From Acidobacteriota bacterium (GTDB lineage: Bacteria; Acidobacteriota; Thermoanaerobaculia; Multivoradales; UBA5704): a DNA stretch of 53,169 nucleotides. This document shows positions 18,663-28,706 of the stretch, piece after piece (position 1 is the first letter of the stretch; each line of letters starts with the position of its first letter). The DNA is taken from the NCBI GenBank assembly GCA_040005235.1, contig JBDTZG010000038.1, positions 1 to 53,169 on the forward strand, written 5' to 3'. The notes below the pieces were generated by a model. That model did not search any database. It had not been told where the DNA came from and saw only the letters and a program-made list of their open reading frames with translations. A program made the translations under genes and the position numbers.

Positions 18663-21074
18663 CTAAGTCCGCACCCCTAAGAACAGATAGCTCGACAGCA
18701 GCGTGAACAGCGCGCTCGGGCTCCAGACCGCGGCGGCTGGAGGGATGGCTCCGGCTTCTCCCAGGGTCTTGAAGAAGGCGAAGATCGCCAGGAAGAAGAT
18801 GCCGAGGACGATCGACACGCCGATGCCGTAGAGGGTTCCCTGGCGGCCGATGCGGAAGGCGAACGGCAGCGCCACGACCGACATGATCAGCGAGATCACC
18901 GGGAACGCCAGCTTGTTGTAGAGCTGCACCTCCAGCTCGGGCACCGCCTGGCCGCTCGCTTTGAGCTCCGCCACGTAGGATCGCAGCTCGCCGTAAGCCA
19001 TCTGCTCGGGGGGCCGGATCTCCGCGTCGAAGTACTCCGGAGTCTCAGGGAAGGCGACGGTGCGTTTGCCCCGGAACCGGGTGTAGCTCGTGATGCTGCC
19101 GTGGGCGAGCGTCCGCGCCCAGCCGTTCTCGAACACCCAATTGCCGTTGCCGCTGTAGACGGCGTTTTCGGCGTAGAGCCGACGCACCATGTCGTGCGAA
19201 TCGTCGAAGTCGAAGACGTGCAGCCGCTGGAGTGACTGGTTCTTCGGGTCGTAATAGGAATAGTTGTAGATGAACCGGCCGTGGCCGAACAGCCACTGGC
19301 GGTCGGCCCGGCGGTAGGTTCTCACGGTCTCCTTGCCGTTGATCTTGTCGCGGATCTGCGCCACCCGCTCGTTCGAAGCGGGGAGGACCTGAGCCTCTAG
19401 GTAGGCACAGAACGAAGAGACCAGAAGGGCGCTCACGATCACCGGCAGGGCCAGCCGGTAGAGGCTCACCCCGAGGGCCTTGGCCGCCGTGACCTCGTTG
19501 GTCCGGGAGAGCAGGCTGAAGGTCATCAACGTCGTCACCAGGATCACGACCGGGGCGATGTCGTAGAAGATCTGGAGCGACATGTACTTGTAATACGAGA
19601 AGACCAGGTCCTTGGCGATTTTATTCTTCAGGATCTCGTCGACCCGCTCGGTCAGATCGGCGATCACGTAGAGGGAAATGCCGGTGGCGGTCACAATCGA
19701 AAGGACGACCAGGAACAGCCGCACTACGTAGCGGTCGATCAGATTGGGGAAGAGCAGCCGTAGCCGCGGGATGCGCAGGACCACGCCGCGATCTTCGACA
19801 CTCTTGGCCACCGCCACGGCGGTCGCCGGCAACTGGGGATCGGGAAGCAGGGGAGAGACGACGACGGGCCGTTGGCGCAGAGAGCGAAAGCGCAGGATGC
19901 CGCCCCAGACATCGCGCCGGATCCAGCGATCGAGTCGCGAGAAGAGCAGGCCCTTGTCTCGATTGCGCCGGATCAGCAGGAAAATCCCGACCGCCGTCAA
20001 AATCAGGTTCGGACTCCACATCGCGACCCAGCCTGGGATCCTGCCGTAGCGCGCCGCCTCTTCGCCGTTGAACAGAAGGATGTAGTAGAAGGCCAGGACC
20101 GCGATCGACATGGCAAAACCGGAGCCCTTACCGCCGCGCCGGTTGTTGATCCCCAAAGGCAGCGCGATGAAGGCGAAGGCAAGGCAGGCGGCCGGGATCG
20201 AGAATTTCTTGTTCGTCTCGACCCGGGCGAGATTTCGCTGTTCGTCGGGCGCGCTGCGATCGCGGGCCAGCCGCGCCAGCTCTCTAAGCGTTAGTTCCCG
20301 GACGCCTTTCGAGCTCGCCCACTTGGCCCGCTGATTGGTCATGAACTGATCTTCCAGGATCAGCTCCAGGCGCTTGTTGCGGCTGACCTCGAATTTGGTG
20401 GGGGAGGCGAGGTTGACCTTCTGGCGGGTGGCATCGGTCAGCTCCAGGACGACCCGTTCGCCCTGCTGATCGACCTTGACCTCTCCCCATTCGGCGGTCG
20501 TAACCTGGTTGTCTTCGCTCGCCGAGCCGGCTTCGGCAATGAAGACGCCCTTCCACCGGGTGTCGTTCGGCGGGGTTTCGAAGACGTAGAGGACCTTGCC
20601 CTGCCAGTCCTCCGAAAAAATCCGCGGCTGAACCTGCTGCGACACGCTACGGGTGAGAATCTCCAGGCGAATCTGCTGGAGGGAGTGGTTGCCCCAGGGC
20701 AGGGCATAGATCATCAGCAAGACGTTCGTCGCGGTGAGCACCGCGGCCAGCAGCAAGATCGGCCGATAGAGGCGCGCGAGGCCGATGCCACTGGCCCGGA
20801 TCGCGGTCAGCTCGCTGTCTGAAGCCAAGCGGCCGACGGCGATCAAGATGCCGAATAGGAGCGACATCGGGATCGTCAGGACCACGATGTTCGGCAGCGT
20901 GACCAGCAGCAGCTCGCCGACCGTCGACCAGGGCAGGCCGCGACGGATGATCATGTCGGCCGACTGGAACAGGAACCGGAGCAGGAGGATGAACGTATAG
21001 ACTAGAAATCCCAGTACGAGCGGTCCGAGGATTTCTTTGAGGACATAGCGGTCAAGTCGGCGCACGCCCGGCAT
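18663..21074 (-). CDS. lptFG: Fused LptF-LptG LPS export permease
   Basis: Two YjgP/YjgQ-type halves (LDRYVLKE…DSELTAIRASG; IDRYVVR…TNEVTAAKALG). Confidence 0.92.
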   Translation of the reverse strand: MPGVRRLDRYVLKEILGPLVLGFLVYTFILLLRFLFQSADMIIRRGLPWSTVGELLLVTLPNIVVLTIPMSLLFGILIAVGRLASDSELTAIRASGIGLARLYRPILLLAAVLTATNVLLMIYALPWGNHSLQQIRLEILTRSVSQQVQPRIFSEDWQGKVLYVFETPPNDTRWKGVFIAEAGSASEDNQVTTAEWGEVKVDQQGERVVLELTDATRQKVNLASPTKFEVSRNKRLELILEDQFMTNQRAKWASSKGVRELTLRELARLARDRSAPDEQRNLARVETNKKFSIPAACLAFAFIALPLGINNRRGGKGSGFAMSIAVLAFYYILLFNGEEAARYGRIPGWVAMWSPNLILTAVGIFLLIRRNRDKGLLFSRLDRWIRRDVWGGILRFRSLRQRPVVVSPLLPDPQLPATAVAVAKSVEDRGVVLRIPRLRLLFPNLIDRYVVRLFLVVLSIVTATGISLYVIADLTERVDEILKNKIAKDLVFSYYKYMSLQIFYDIAPVVILVTTLMTFSLLSRTNEVTAAKALGVSLYRLALPVIVSALLVSSFCAYLEAQVLPASNERVAQIRDKINGKETVRTYRRADRQWLFGHGRFIYNYSYYDPKNQSLQRLHVFDFDDSHDMVRRLYAENAVYSGNGNWVFENGWARTLAHGSITSYTRFRGKRTVAFPETPEYFDAEIRPPEQMAYGELRSYVAELKASGQAVPELEVQLYNKLAFPVISLIMSVVALPFAFRIGRQGTLYGIGVSIVLGIFFLAIFAFFKTLGEAGAIPPAAAVWSPSALFTLLSSYLFLGVRT

Positions 21075-21162
21075 TATATGGGCAGCGAAGGCTTCCTTTC
21101 GGTCCGCGAACGATTCGGTCCCAACGCCACGAAGCTTCAACTCGATTCTCGGAGAGTCCGCG

Positions 21163-21588
21163 ATGCCGATCCGCCTCGAACGACGATTCCGTTTTAGCGC
21201 CAGCCATCTCTACCGCCGCTCGGGCTGGACCGAAGAAGAGAACCGGCGCCGGTTCGGCAAGTGCGCCAACCTGCCGGGGCACGGACACAACTACCGGCTG
21301 TTCGTTTCGGTGACCGGCGAGATCGACCCGGCGACCGGTTTCGTCGTCGATCTGGGAGCGCTCGATCGGATCGTCGGAAGCCGCGTCGTCGACATCGTCG
21401 ACCATCAGCACCTGAACTCGGTGCTGCCGGAGTTTGCCGACGCCGATGGTGGCGGAGCGATCCCGTCGAGCGAGAACCTGCTGCGGTGGGTCGTCGGGCA
21501 ACTGGAGGGACATCTTCCGGAAGGCGTAACGCTCGGCAGGCTGCGCCTCGAAGAGGATGAGGATCTGGCCGCGGAATGGGAGCCCTGA
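21163..21588 (+). CDS. queD: 6-carboxytetrahydropterin / 6-pyruvoyl-tetrahydropterin synthase
   Basis: FSASH, C-x5-HGHNY, DHQHLN and SEN motifs. Confidence 0.88.
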   Translation: MPIRLERRFRFSASHLYRRSGWTEEENRRRFGKCANLPGHGHNYRLFVSVTGEIDPATGFVVDLGALDRIVGSRVVDIVDHQHLNSVLPEFADADGGGAIPSSENLLRWVVGQLEGHLPEGVTLGRLRLEEDEDLAAEWEP

Positions 21589-21606
21589 AAGTCCCCAGCG
21601 CAGATA

Positions 21607-21634
21607 AGTTCACATAATCAATCTTATCGGGCCA
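21607..21634 (-). other. dif-like XerC/XerD recombination site
   Basis: Minus strand TGGCCCGATAA-GATTGA-TTATGTGAACT: 11-6-11 architecture with ATAA/TTAT inner repeats and a XerD-like arm; intergenic between convergent genes. Confidence 0.8.
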
Positions 21635-21667
21635 GCGGAGAATTGATCCAAAACGAATCCGGCCGTT

Positions 21668-22546
21668 CTACGATTTGGCTTGCGAGGTCCGCAGATCGAC
21701 CAGGATCTGTTCGAGGGCACGAATCAGATCGCCGCGGTCGACTTCGGATTGGCGGAACGTCAGCGCCAGACTGAACGTCTTGTCGGGCGCCCGAAACTTG
21801 AAGATGTACGGCTTTCGGCGCGACGGCCGACCCTTCTCTTTGCGCAGCCGGCGCCTGAGGTCGTCGCGGCTCAGTCCCTGGCGCGAGACCTGTTCGAGCA
21901 TCTGAATCATCTCGCCCTCGTCGCCCGCCTTCAGAACTTCGAGCAGCAGCGACTTCGACTGGATGCCCAGCGCCTGCACCGTGTCACGAACGCTGGTGGG
22001 CATTTGAAGAAGAGAAAGGCTCTCGGTGACCACCGTCCGCGATTTGCCGACAGCCTCGGAGATTTCTTCGTGGGTGTAATCGTGCCGCTCGGCGAGCGCC
22101 CGGTACCCTTCGGCCTCTTCAAACGGGGTCAGGTCTTTGCGTTGAAGATTCTCGATCAGCGCGATCTCTAACGCCTCGTCTTCCGAGACATCCATTTCGA
22201 TCACCGGCACTTCGTAGAGACCCGCCTGCTGCGCCGCCCGGTACCGCCGCTCGCCGGAAATGATCCGGTAGATCGGTCCGCCGGCAACGTCCAGAGGCCC
22301 ATCCTTCTTCGGCCGGACGAGGATCGGTTCGAGCACGCCTTTGTCGCGGATGGAAGCTGCTAGGTCGTCGAGATCGCCCATCACCGAGCGTGGCTGGCGG
22401 GGATCGGTCTCGATCGCGGAGAGCGGCGCCATCTTCCCCACCGGGATCTCGTGGCGAACCGCCAGCTCTTCCACGAAGTGGGTGTCGTGGCGCATCTTGA
22501 CCCTCAGGGGCAGACCGCGCTTGCGGTCGGTCGCCGGCTCAGACAC
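21668..22546 (-). CDS. parB: ParB/Spo0J family partition protein
   Basis: QPR, GVLEPILVR, ISGERRYRA, ALIENLQRKDL and an HTH. Confidence 0.92.
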   Translation of the reverse strand: MSEPATDRKRGLPLRVKMRHDTHFVEELAVRHEIPVGKMAPLSAIETDPRQPRSVMGDLDDLAASIRDKGVLEPILVRPKKDGPLDVAGGPIYRIISGERRYRAAQQAGLYEVPVIEMDVSEDEALEIALIENLQRKDLTPFEEAEGYRALAERHDYTHEEISEAVGKSRTVVTESLSLLQMPTSVRDTVQALGIQSKSLLLEVLKAGDEGEMIQMLEQVSRQGLSRDDLRRRLRKEKGRPSRRKPYIFKFRAPDKTFSLALTFRQSEVDRGDLIRALEQILVDLRTSQAKS

Positions 22547-23297
22547 GGCTCAAAACCTCCTCGGACAGGCGGTAGTACTCGTAGGCTCCGGTCGACTTTG
22601 GAGCGAACGTGAAGATCGATTCGCGGTAAGCCGGGCTCTCCTCCAGCCTCACGCTCTTGGTGATGACGGTCTCGAATACCTTAAGGCCGAACACGCGCTG
22701 AATCTGCTCGTGGATGTCTTTGGCGAGCAGCGTCCGCTTGTCGTAAAGGGTGATCAGGGCGCCGAGAATTTGCAGCTCGGGGTTCGCGCGCTGCTTGATC
22801 TTGTCGATCGTTTCCAACAGATCGTCGGTGCCTTCGAGCGCGAAGTAGCTCGCCTGGATTGGTACCAGCACGTGCGTCGCCGCCACGAGGGCGTTCACCG
22901 TGATGATCCCGAGCGTGGGCGGCGTGTCGATGATCATGAATTCGAAGCTGTCCCGGACCTTCTGAAGCTTGTCCTTCAGCCGGTAGTGGCCGTCGATTTC
23001 GCCGATCAGTTTGGCCTCGATCTTTGCCAGGGAGATCGCCGACGGAGCGATCATTAAGTTCGGAATCCGATCCGCGGGACGGAGGATGGAGTCGATTTCC
23101 CGGTTCTCGTCCGTGAGTACGTCGTAGATGGTTCCTTCCAGGCCGTGAACGTCCAGGAAAGACATGGAACTGTTCGCTTGGGGGTCGAGGTCGACGAGCA
23201 GGGTGCGCAAGCCTTTGGAGGCCAAGGCCGCGGCGAGATTGATGGCGGTGGTCGTCTTTCCGACGCCACCCTTCTGGTTGGTAATCGCGAGGATCAT
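22539..23297 (-). CDS. parA: ParA/Soj family ATPase
   Basis: NQKGGVGKTT, DLDPQAN, IIDTPP. Confidence 0.95.
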   Translation of the reverse strand: MILAITNQKGGVGKTTTAINLAAALASKGLRTLLVDLDPQANSSMSFLDVHGLEGTIYDVLTDENREIDSILRPADRIPNLMIAPSAISLAKIEAKLIGEIDGHYRLKDKLQKVRDSFEFMIIDTPPTLGIITVNALVAATHVLVPIQASYFALEGTDDLLETIDKIKQRANPELQILGALITLYDKRTLLAKDIHEQIQRVFGLKVFETVITKSVRLEESPAYRESIFTFAPKSTGAYEYYRLSEEVLSRV

Positions 23298-23360
23298 CGC
23301 GGCGCAGTGTATGGGAGGCCCCGTAGAGGGTCAAGCGCCACTCCCCCGTCGTTCGCCCAA

Positions 23361-23376
23361 TGTCGGCGCGCCGACA
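23361..23376. promoter_or_regulatory. Perfect 16-bp palindrome upstream of parA (candidate non-canonical parS or operator)
   Basis: TGTCGGCGCGCCGACA. Confidence 0.45.
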
Positions 23377-23417
23377 ATGCCTGTAACCTATTGAAAATCA
23401 GTCGTTTGGAAGAAAGA

Positions 23418-23933
23418 TCACATCGTGTAGCGACCGGGTTCGTTCGGATTCAGCTCTTCGAGAACGCGCCGAATTCTTTCGGCGGCGTCGGTGGGATCGA
23501 GAGAGGTCGTCATCACCTGCGCCCGGTCCAAAACTGCGCGCCGCACGTAGATCGGTGCCTCCGCCCGCAGGGCCAGTGCGATCGCGTCGCTGGGCCGAGC
23601 GTCGAGAATTCGCTTCGGCTCGTCCGGGGTGAGATGAATCTCCGCAAAGAAAGTTCCCTCCCGCAGATCGCTGATCACGATCTTCTCGATCGAGCCGCCC
23701 AGGCGCTCGCACACTTGGAGGAGCAGATCGTGGGTCAGAGGACGGGGAGCGGCAACGCCTTCCATCCGGAGGGCAATCGCCTGCGCCTCGGCGATGCCGA
23801 TCCAGATCGGCAGGAAGAGAGTGCGATCGAGGTCGCGCAGAATCACGATCGGAACATTCGAAGAGGGATCGAGCATGAGGCCGGTGACGGCCATCGGGAC
23901 GAGATCGATCCGCGGGGTGTCGTCCTGGCTCAT
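23418..23933 (-). CDS. Bifunctional nuclease family (DUF151)
   Basis: LPIWIG, RPLTHDL, DARPSDAIALA. Confidence 0.92.
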   Translation of the reverse strand: MSQDDTPRIDLVPMAVTGLMLDPSSNVPIVILRDLDRTLFLPIWIGIAEAQAIALRMEGVAAPRPLTHDLLLQVCERLGGSIEKIVISDLREGTFFAEIHLTPDEPKRILDARPSDAIALALRAEAPIYVRRAVLDRAQVMTTSLDPTDAAERIRRVLEELNPNEPGRYTM

Positions 23934-24039
23934 GAGCCCATTGTGGGCGCCCCCAGAGGCCGGGTCAAGACGAAATCGCTCGGGGCCTGGGAACGGCCGC
24001 GAGCGATTTGCCAAGGAGGCTGGAAGGGTGCCGAAGGAA

Positions 24040-25467
24040 CTATGCCGTCGCGTCGGAAACGCGACGTGCGGTGAGGCTGTGGGGATGCGCGGTCTCGATC
24101 TCGACCCAGGTGGTCTGACCCAGGGTGACCGGTAGATTCGCGGTCGGAAAATGAACGATCCGGTGGCAAGAGGTGCGGCCGCTTTGGGTGCCGGGAGTCT
24201 TGCCCCAGGCGGTGACCAGGATCTCGAAGCGCCGACCGATGAGCTGTTGGTTCAGCTCCCGCTGGATTCGGTCCTGGACCACAAACAGGCGCTGGAGCCG
24301 CTCGCTCGCGAGAGTTGGCTCCACCTTGCCGTCGAGGCGCGGCGCCGCGGTGCCCGGACGCTCCGAGTAGCAAAACGCGAAGACGACCGCGAAGCGGACC
24401 TGTTCCAGCAGCTCCAGGGACTCCGCGAAATCCTCCTCCGTCTCGCCGGGAAAGCCGACGATAATGTCGGTCGACAGAGCCAAATCGTTTCGTGCGTCGC
24501 GTAGCTGCCGGACTAGATCTAGATAGTCGGCGCGGCTGTATCCACGTCCCATTCGCCGCAGCAGGCGGTCGCTCCCCGACTGAACCGGCAGGTGGATATA
24601 GGGGCAGATGTTGGCGTGATTTCCGATCTGCGCCACCATCGCCGGGGTGAAATCGCGGGGATAGGAGGTAATGAAACGAAGGCGCTCGACGCCGGATTCC
24701 CGCGCCACGGCATCCAGCAGATCGGCGAAGTCCTGATCGGTTTCGGGGTCGCGCCAGTGGTTCACGGTCTGACCGAGCAGCTCGATCTCGCGGAAGCCGT
24801 AATCGACCAGGTGGCGTACCTCGGCGAGAATTTCCGTCATCTTGCGGCTCCGCTCCGGCCCGCGGGTCTTCGGCACGATGCAGAAGGTGCAGCTCTTGTT
24901 GCACCCTTCGATGATCGTCACCATTCCCTTGTATTCGCCCTGGCGGGAGATGGCGTCGAACTCGTAGGGTCGGTCGGCGGGAAAGCCTGTGGCTATCATG
25001 CGCTGTCCGGCGCGGGAGGCGGCGACCAGAGTGCTCAGTTCGGCCACCCGCGCCGGTCCCATGACGAAATCGAGGTCGGAGACCCGTTTGAGAGCCTTCT
25101 CCCCCTCCTGCTGGGCTACGCAGCCGCAAAGGCCGATGACCAGCCCCGGCCGCTCCCTCTTGAGCAGGCGATATTCGCCGAGGCGCGAATAGACCTTCTG
25201 CTCCGCCTTCTCGCGGATGCTGCACGAATTCAGCAGAATGACGTCCGCCTCTTCCGGCCGGTGGGTTGGCAGGACCCCCTGCTGCATCAGCTGACCGACC
25301 ATGCGTTGGCTGTCCAGCTCATTCATCTGGCAACCCCAGGTCTCGACGAAGACCCGGCGCGGGGTGGCAGTTTCGCCGGCCTCCTCGCTCCTTGGGGCTC
25401 CTTCGGCGGAGGCCGGTGGCTTCGGGTCCAACGAAGCCTCCGCACGGGGCGTCAATCCTTCACTCAT
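24040..25467 (-). CDS. miaB: tRNA-2-methylthio-N6-dimethylallyladenosine synthase
   Basis: TWGCQMN, CNKSCTFC, HLPVQSG, DIIVGFPGET and a TRAM domain. Confidence 0.95.
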   Translation of the reverse strand: MSEGLTPRAEASLDPKPPASAEGAPRSEEAGETATPRRVFVETWGCQMNELDSQRMVGQLMQQGVLPTHRPEEADVILLNSCSIREKAEQKVYSRLGEYRLLKRERPGLVIGLCGCVAQQEGEKALKRVSDLDFVMGPARVAELSTLVAASRAGQRMIATGFPADRPYEFDAISRQGEYKGMVTIIEGCNKSCTFCIVPKTRGPERSRKMTEILAEVRHLVDYGFREIELLGQTVNHWRDPETDQDFADLLDAVARESGVERLRFITSYPRDFTPAMVAQIGNHANICPYIHLPVQSGSDRLLRRMGRGYSRADYLDLVRQLRDARNDLALSTDIIVGFPGETEEDFAESLELLEQVRFAVVFAFCYSERPGTAAPRLDGKVEPTLASERLQRLFVVQDRIQRELNQQLIGRRFEILVTAWGKTPGTQSGRTSCHRIVHFPTANLPVTLGQTTWVEIETAHPHSLTARRVSDATA

Positions 25468-26291
25468 TACATTTCATCCTTTGGTTTATAGATTGGCGGT
25501 TCGATGGCGTCGGCCGTGGTCTTCGGCGGGGCCGGCGGTTCGGGCTCCAGCTCGGCGCCCTCGCGCAGCCAACCCGGCAGCGCAGCCGCCCGGCGCCCTT
25601 CTTCGAGAAATTCTCCCAGCTCTTTTTTCGCCGCATCCGCCCGTTCTTTGGCCAGTCGAAGACGGTCGAGCGTACGGTCCCAGCTCGGCTTGATCTCGCC
25701 GTCGCGGCGGAATGGATCCGCCTCGGCGTAGAACTTTCGGCGGTATTCGGCGGCCTGCCTTTCGAGGTCGACTCCTTCGTCGACCGCATCACGCCAGCGT
25801 TGCCGGATGGCTCGGGCGCGCCCGCGCCAGTATTGCTCCTGCTCGGTCGAGGTATCGTTTTGGACGGGAGGTCTCTCCCCCGGCTTCGTCTTCGCCAGGT
25901 CGGCGAACGTGAGCGAGCCTTTCTTCGCGAGCTTCGGCAGGGTCTCATCGGTAATCACGGCGACCGACTTGTTCCCTTTGGCCTTCCGTTCTTTCTCTCG
26001 TTTCGACGCCTCGACCAGGGACGGGTGTGAATCGGCGTCCGGATCTCCGGGATCGATCACGATCAGCGTCGCGTCGTGCGGCGGCGGCGAATCGGCCGCG
26101 GCCTCCGAGCCGGGTTCAGCCGGGGCTGCGGCAGGGACTGGATCGGGTTTCTTTGGAGGGGTTTGGGGCGGTGGCAGGGGCGGGGTGCAAGCGGCGCCGC
26201 CGATCGCCAGGGCAAGGGCGAGAGCGACCAGGGTGGCCGAGAGGCCGCCGAGGCCCGAGGGGCGGCGGGACGGGCGTTCAGCTCCGTCCAT
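25467..26291 (-). CDS. Hypothetical lipoprotein (Pro-rich linker, coiled coil)
   Basis: Hydrophobic N-terminus with GAAC lipobox; overlaps neighbours in the operon. Confidence 0.7.
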   Translation of the reverse strand: MDGAERPSRRPSGLGGLSATLVALALALAIGGAACTPPLPPPQTPPKKPDPVPAAAPAEPGSEAAADSPPPHDATLIVIDPGDPDADSHPSLVEASKREKERKAKGNKSVAVITDETLPKLAKKGSLTFADLAKTKPGERPPVQNDTSTEQEQYWRGRARAIRQRWRDAVDEGVDLERQAAEYRRKFYAEADPFRRDGEIKPSWDRTLDRLRLAKERADAAKKELGEFLEEGRRAAALPGWLREGAELEPEPPAPPKTTADAIEPPIYKPKDEM

Positions 26292-26631
26292 AGCGATCTT
26301 CGAGGCGGATGACGTCGTCCAGCTCCGGCGTGGAGACTTCGATGATGTCGCATCCGGCCGCTCCGGCCACCATCCGGTGTTTGGTGAACGGCGAGATTCG
26401 GTAGGAGTCGCCGCCGCGCAGGACCACCGAGACCATCTCGCCGTTCTCCTCGACTTGCAACTCCACCTCCCCTTCCTTCAGGAAGAGGGTCTCGTCCTTT
26501 CTCTCGTGGTACTGAAGCGAGAGGGCATGTCCGGCGTCGACGTGCAGGATCTTTCCGACGTAGCGGTCGGTGTGGGCGAAGATCAGTTCGTAACCCCAGG
26601 GCTTGTCGACGCGGCGAATGGACTGTTGCAT
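26278..26631 (-). CDS. Cupin domain protein (mannose-6-phosphate isomerase-like)
   Basis: KPWG, LSLQYH, EVSTPE, RLEDRYGR. Confidence 0.88.
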   Translation of the reverse strand: MQQSIRRVDKPWGYELIFAHTDRYVGKILHVDAGHALSLQYHERKDETLFLKEGEVELQVEENGEMVSVVLRGGDSYRISPFTKHRMVAGAAGCDIIEVSTPELDDVIRLEDRYGRS

Positions 26632-26661
26632 GAAGGATGGGCTCCGGCCTTCGGGTGGAAG

Positions 26662-28437
26662 TTAGGCTTTCCGCGCGGCGGCGGCGGTGACGTCGGCGAG
26701 GACAGGGTCGATCAACTCGTCGACCTCTTTGGCGGTGCGCAGATCGAGGCAACGCGCGGTAACCTCGGCGAGAAGCCGAGAATCCAGCTCGCGAATCCAG
26801 GTCTTGATTTTCGGCACCAGGCGCGGGCTCACCGAAAGCCGCCGAAGGCCCAAGCCCACGAGGACCGAGGCGAATCGAGGGTCGGCGGCCATTTCGCCGC
26901 ACAAGCTCACTTCGATTCCTGCCTGGGCGGCGCTCGCCACGACGAAGCGTAGCATGCGCAGGATCGCCGGATGAAGCGGCTGGTAGAGGTGCGCCACATG
27001 CTCGTTGTTGCGATCGACCGCGAGCGAATACTGAATCAGATCGTTTGTGCCGATCGAGAAGAAATCGACCTCGGTGGCGAGCGCGTCGGCAATCATCGCC
27101 GCTGCGGGCACCTCGATCATCGAGCCGAGCTTGATGTCGCGACGGAACGGCACGCCATCGCGCTCCAGCTCGGCCATCACCTCAGCCGTATAAGCGCGGA
27201 ACTCGCGGATCTCTTCTAGAGTCGAGACCATGGGCAGCATGATCCAGAGGTCGCCGTGGAGGGCCGCGCGGAACAGGCCACGCAACTGGGGCCGGAAGAC
27301 CTCGCGTCGGGCGAGCGTCAAACGGATGCCGCGCAGGCCCAGGACCGGGTTTTCCTCCCGAGTGTCCATCATCTCGCGGGCGAGCTTCCGGCCTCCGAGG
27401 TCGTAGGTGCGGATGATCGCCGGATGGGGCGCCGCGGTTTCGACGATCCGCCGGTAGAGCCGATAATGTTCTTCCTCGGTCGGCTGCTCGGGACTCTTTT
27501 CGATGTAGAGGAACTCGCTGCGGTAGAGGCCGACCCCTTCCGCGCCGAAGCGCACCGCCTCGTCCACCTCTTCGGGCAGGTCGATGTTCGCCATCAGGTG
27601 AACCCGCACGCCGTCGCGGGTGACCGTCGTCAGCTCGCGGGTTTCGAGGAGCGACTCCTCTTTCTTTTCGATCTCCCCTTTTCGCCGCCGGTACTCCAGG
27701 AGCACCTCGGGGGTCGGATGGACGATCAGGATCCCTTCATCGCCGTCGAGAATGACTCTGGCGGCATCGGTGATCCGCTCGCCGAGACCCTCTAGACCGA
27801 CCACCGCCGGCAGGTGAAGCGAGCGGGCGATGATCGTCGTGTGCGAGGTCCGGCCGCCGGTTTCGATCGCGAAACCGACCACCCGCTTCCTGCCCAGGCG
27901 AACCGCATCGGAAGGGGTCAGGTCGTCGGCGATGATGATCAGGTCGTCCTCGATCTCGGACAGCTCGTGGTGGGAGATCCCCTGAAGCGCGCGCAGGACG
28001 TGCCGGCTGACGTCGGAGACGTCTTCGCTGCGCTCGCGCAGGTAGCTGTCGTCGATGTGTGCGAACTGCTCGTCGATCTCCTCGGCGATCTTCGACACCG
28101 CCCACTCGGCGTTGACGTTCTTGTTACGGATCCGGTCGACCACCCGTCCGAGGAAGCCGGGGTCGTTGAGTAGCAGAACGTGGGCGTCGAAAATCGCGGC
28201 CAGCTCGTCGCCGACCTTTTCACTCGCCCGGACGCGGGTCTTGCCCAGCTCGACCTGCGCCTGGCGGACCGCTTCGTGGAAGCGCTCCACCTCCGCCTCG
28301 ATCTCCTCGGCGGCGATCGGCAGACGGAACACCTCTCCCACCCGGGTCGAGATCGAAACCGCACGGCCGATCGCGATCCCCGCCGAGACCCCCATGCCTT
28401 TGACCTGCAGCATCTGCTCGCTGGCGACTTCGTTCAC
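26662..28437 (-). CDS. ptsI: PEP-protein phosphotransferase (Enzyme I)
   Basis: GGRTSHTTI phospho-His, GLYRSEF, SIGTNDL, CGEMA. Confidence 0.96.
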   Translation of the reverse strand: MNEVASEQMLQVKGMGVSAGIAIGRAVSISTRVGEVFRLPIAAEEIEAEVERFHEAVRQAQVELGKTRVRASEKVGDELAAIFDAHVLLLNDPGFLGRVVDRIRNKNVNAEWAVSKIAEEIDEQFAHIDDSYLRERSEDVSDVSRHVLRALQGISHHELSEIEDDLIIIADDLTPSDAVRLGRKRVVGFAIETGGRTSHTTIIARSLHLPAVVGLEGLGERITDAARVILDGDEGILIVHPTPEVLLEYRRRKGEIEKKEESLLETRELTTVTRDGVRVHLMANIDLPEEVDEAVRFGAEGVGLYRSEFLYIEKSPEQPTEEEHYRLYRRIVETAAPHPAIIRTYDLGGRKLAREMMDTREENPVLGLRGIRLTLARREVFRPQLRGLFRAALHGDLWIMLPMVSTLEEIREFRAYTAEVMAELERDGVPFRRDIKLGSMIEVPAAAMIADALATEVDFFSIGTNDLIQYSLAVDRNNEHVAHLYQPLHPAILRMLRFVVASAAQAGIEVSLCGEMAADPRFASVLVGLGLRRLSVSPRLVPKIKTWIRELDSRLLAEVTARCLDLRTAKEVDELIDPVLADVTAAAARKA

Positions 28438-28706
28438 TACGACTCCTCACCAAATCGGTTGGCGATCAATTCCGCGATCGCGTCGAGGGCTTCGATCTCG
28501 TCGACGCCCTCGGTTCGCACGGTCATCCGCGATCCTTCTGCGGCGGCCAGAAGAAGGATTCCGAGGATGCTCTTGCCGTCGATCTCCTCGCCTTCGCGAA
28601 TCAGGGTGACCCTACTTTTGAATCCACTCGTCGTCTGCACCAGTTTGGCGGCGGCCCGGGCATGGAGACCTAGGCGGTTGACGATCTCCAGCTCACGCTC
28701 AATCAT
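28437..28706 (-). CDS. ptsH: HPr phosphocarrier
   Basis: GLHARA (His15), DGKSILG (Ser46). Confidence 0.96.
   Translation of the reverse strand: MIERELEIVNRLGLHARAAAKLVQTTSGFKSRVTLIREGEEIDGKSILGILLLAAAEGSRMTVRTEGVDEIEALDAIAELIANRFGEES

Noticed and set aside
21668-23420. Canonical parS, or plasmid/prophage origin of parAB
   Set aside because: No TGTTNCACGTGAAACA seen, no rep, integrase or phage genes, and the flanks are housekeeping genes.
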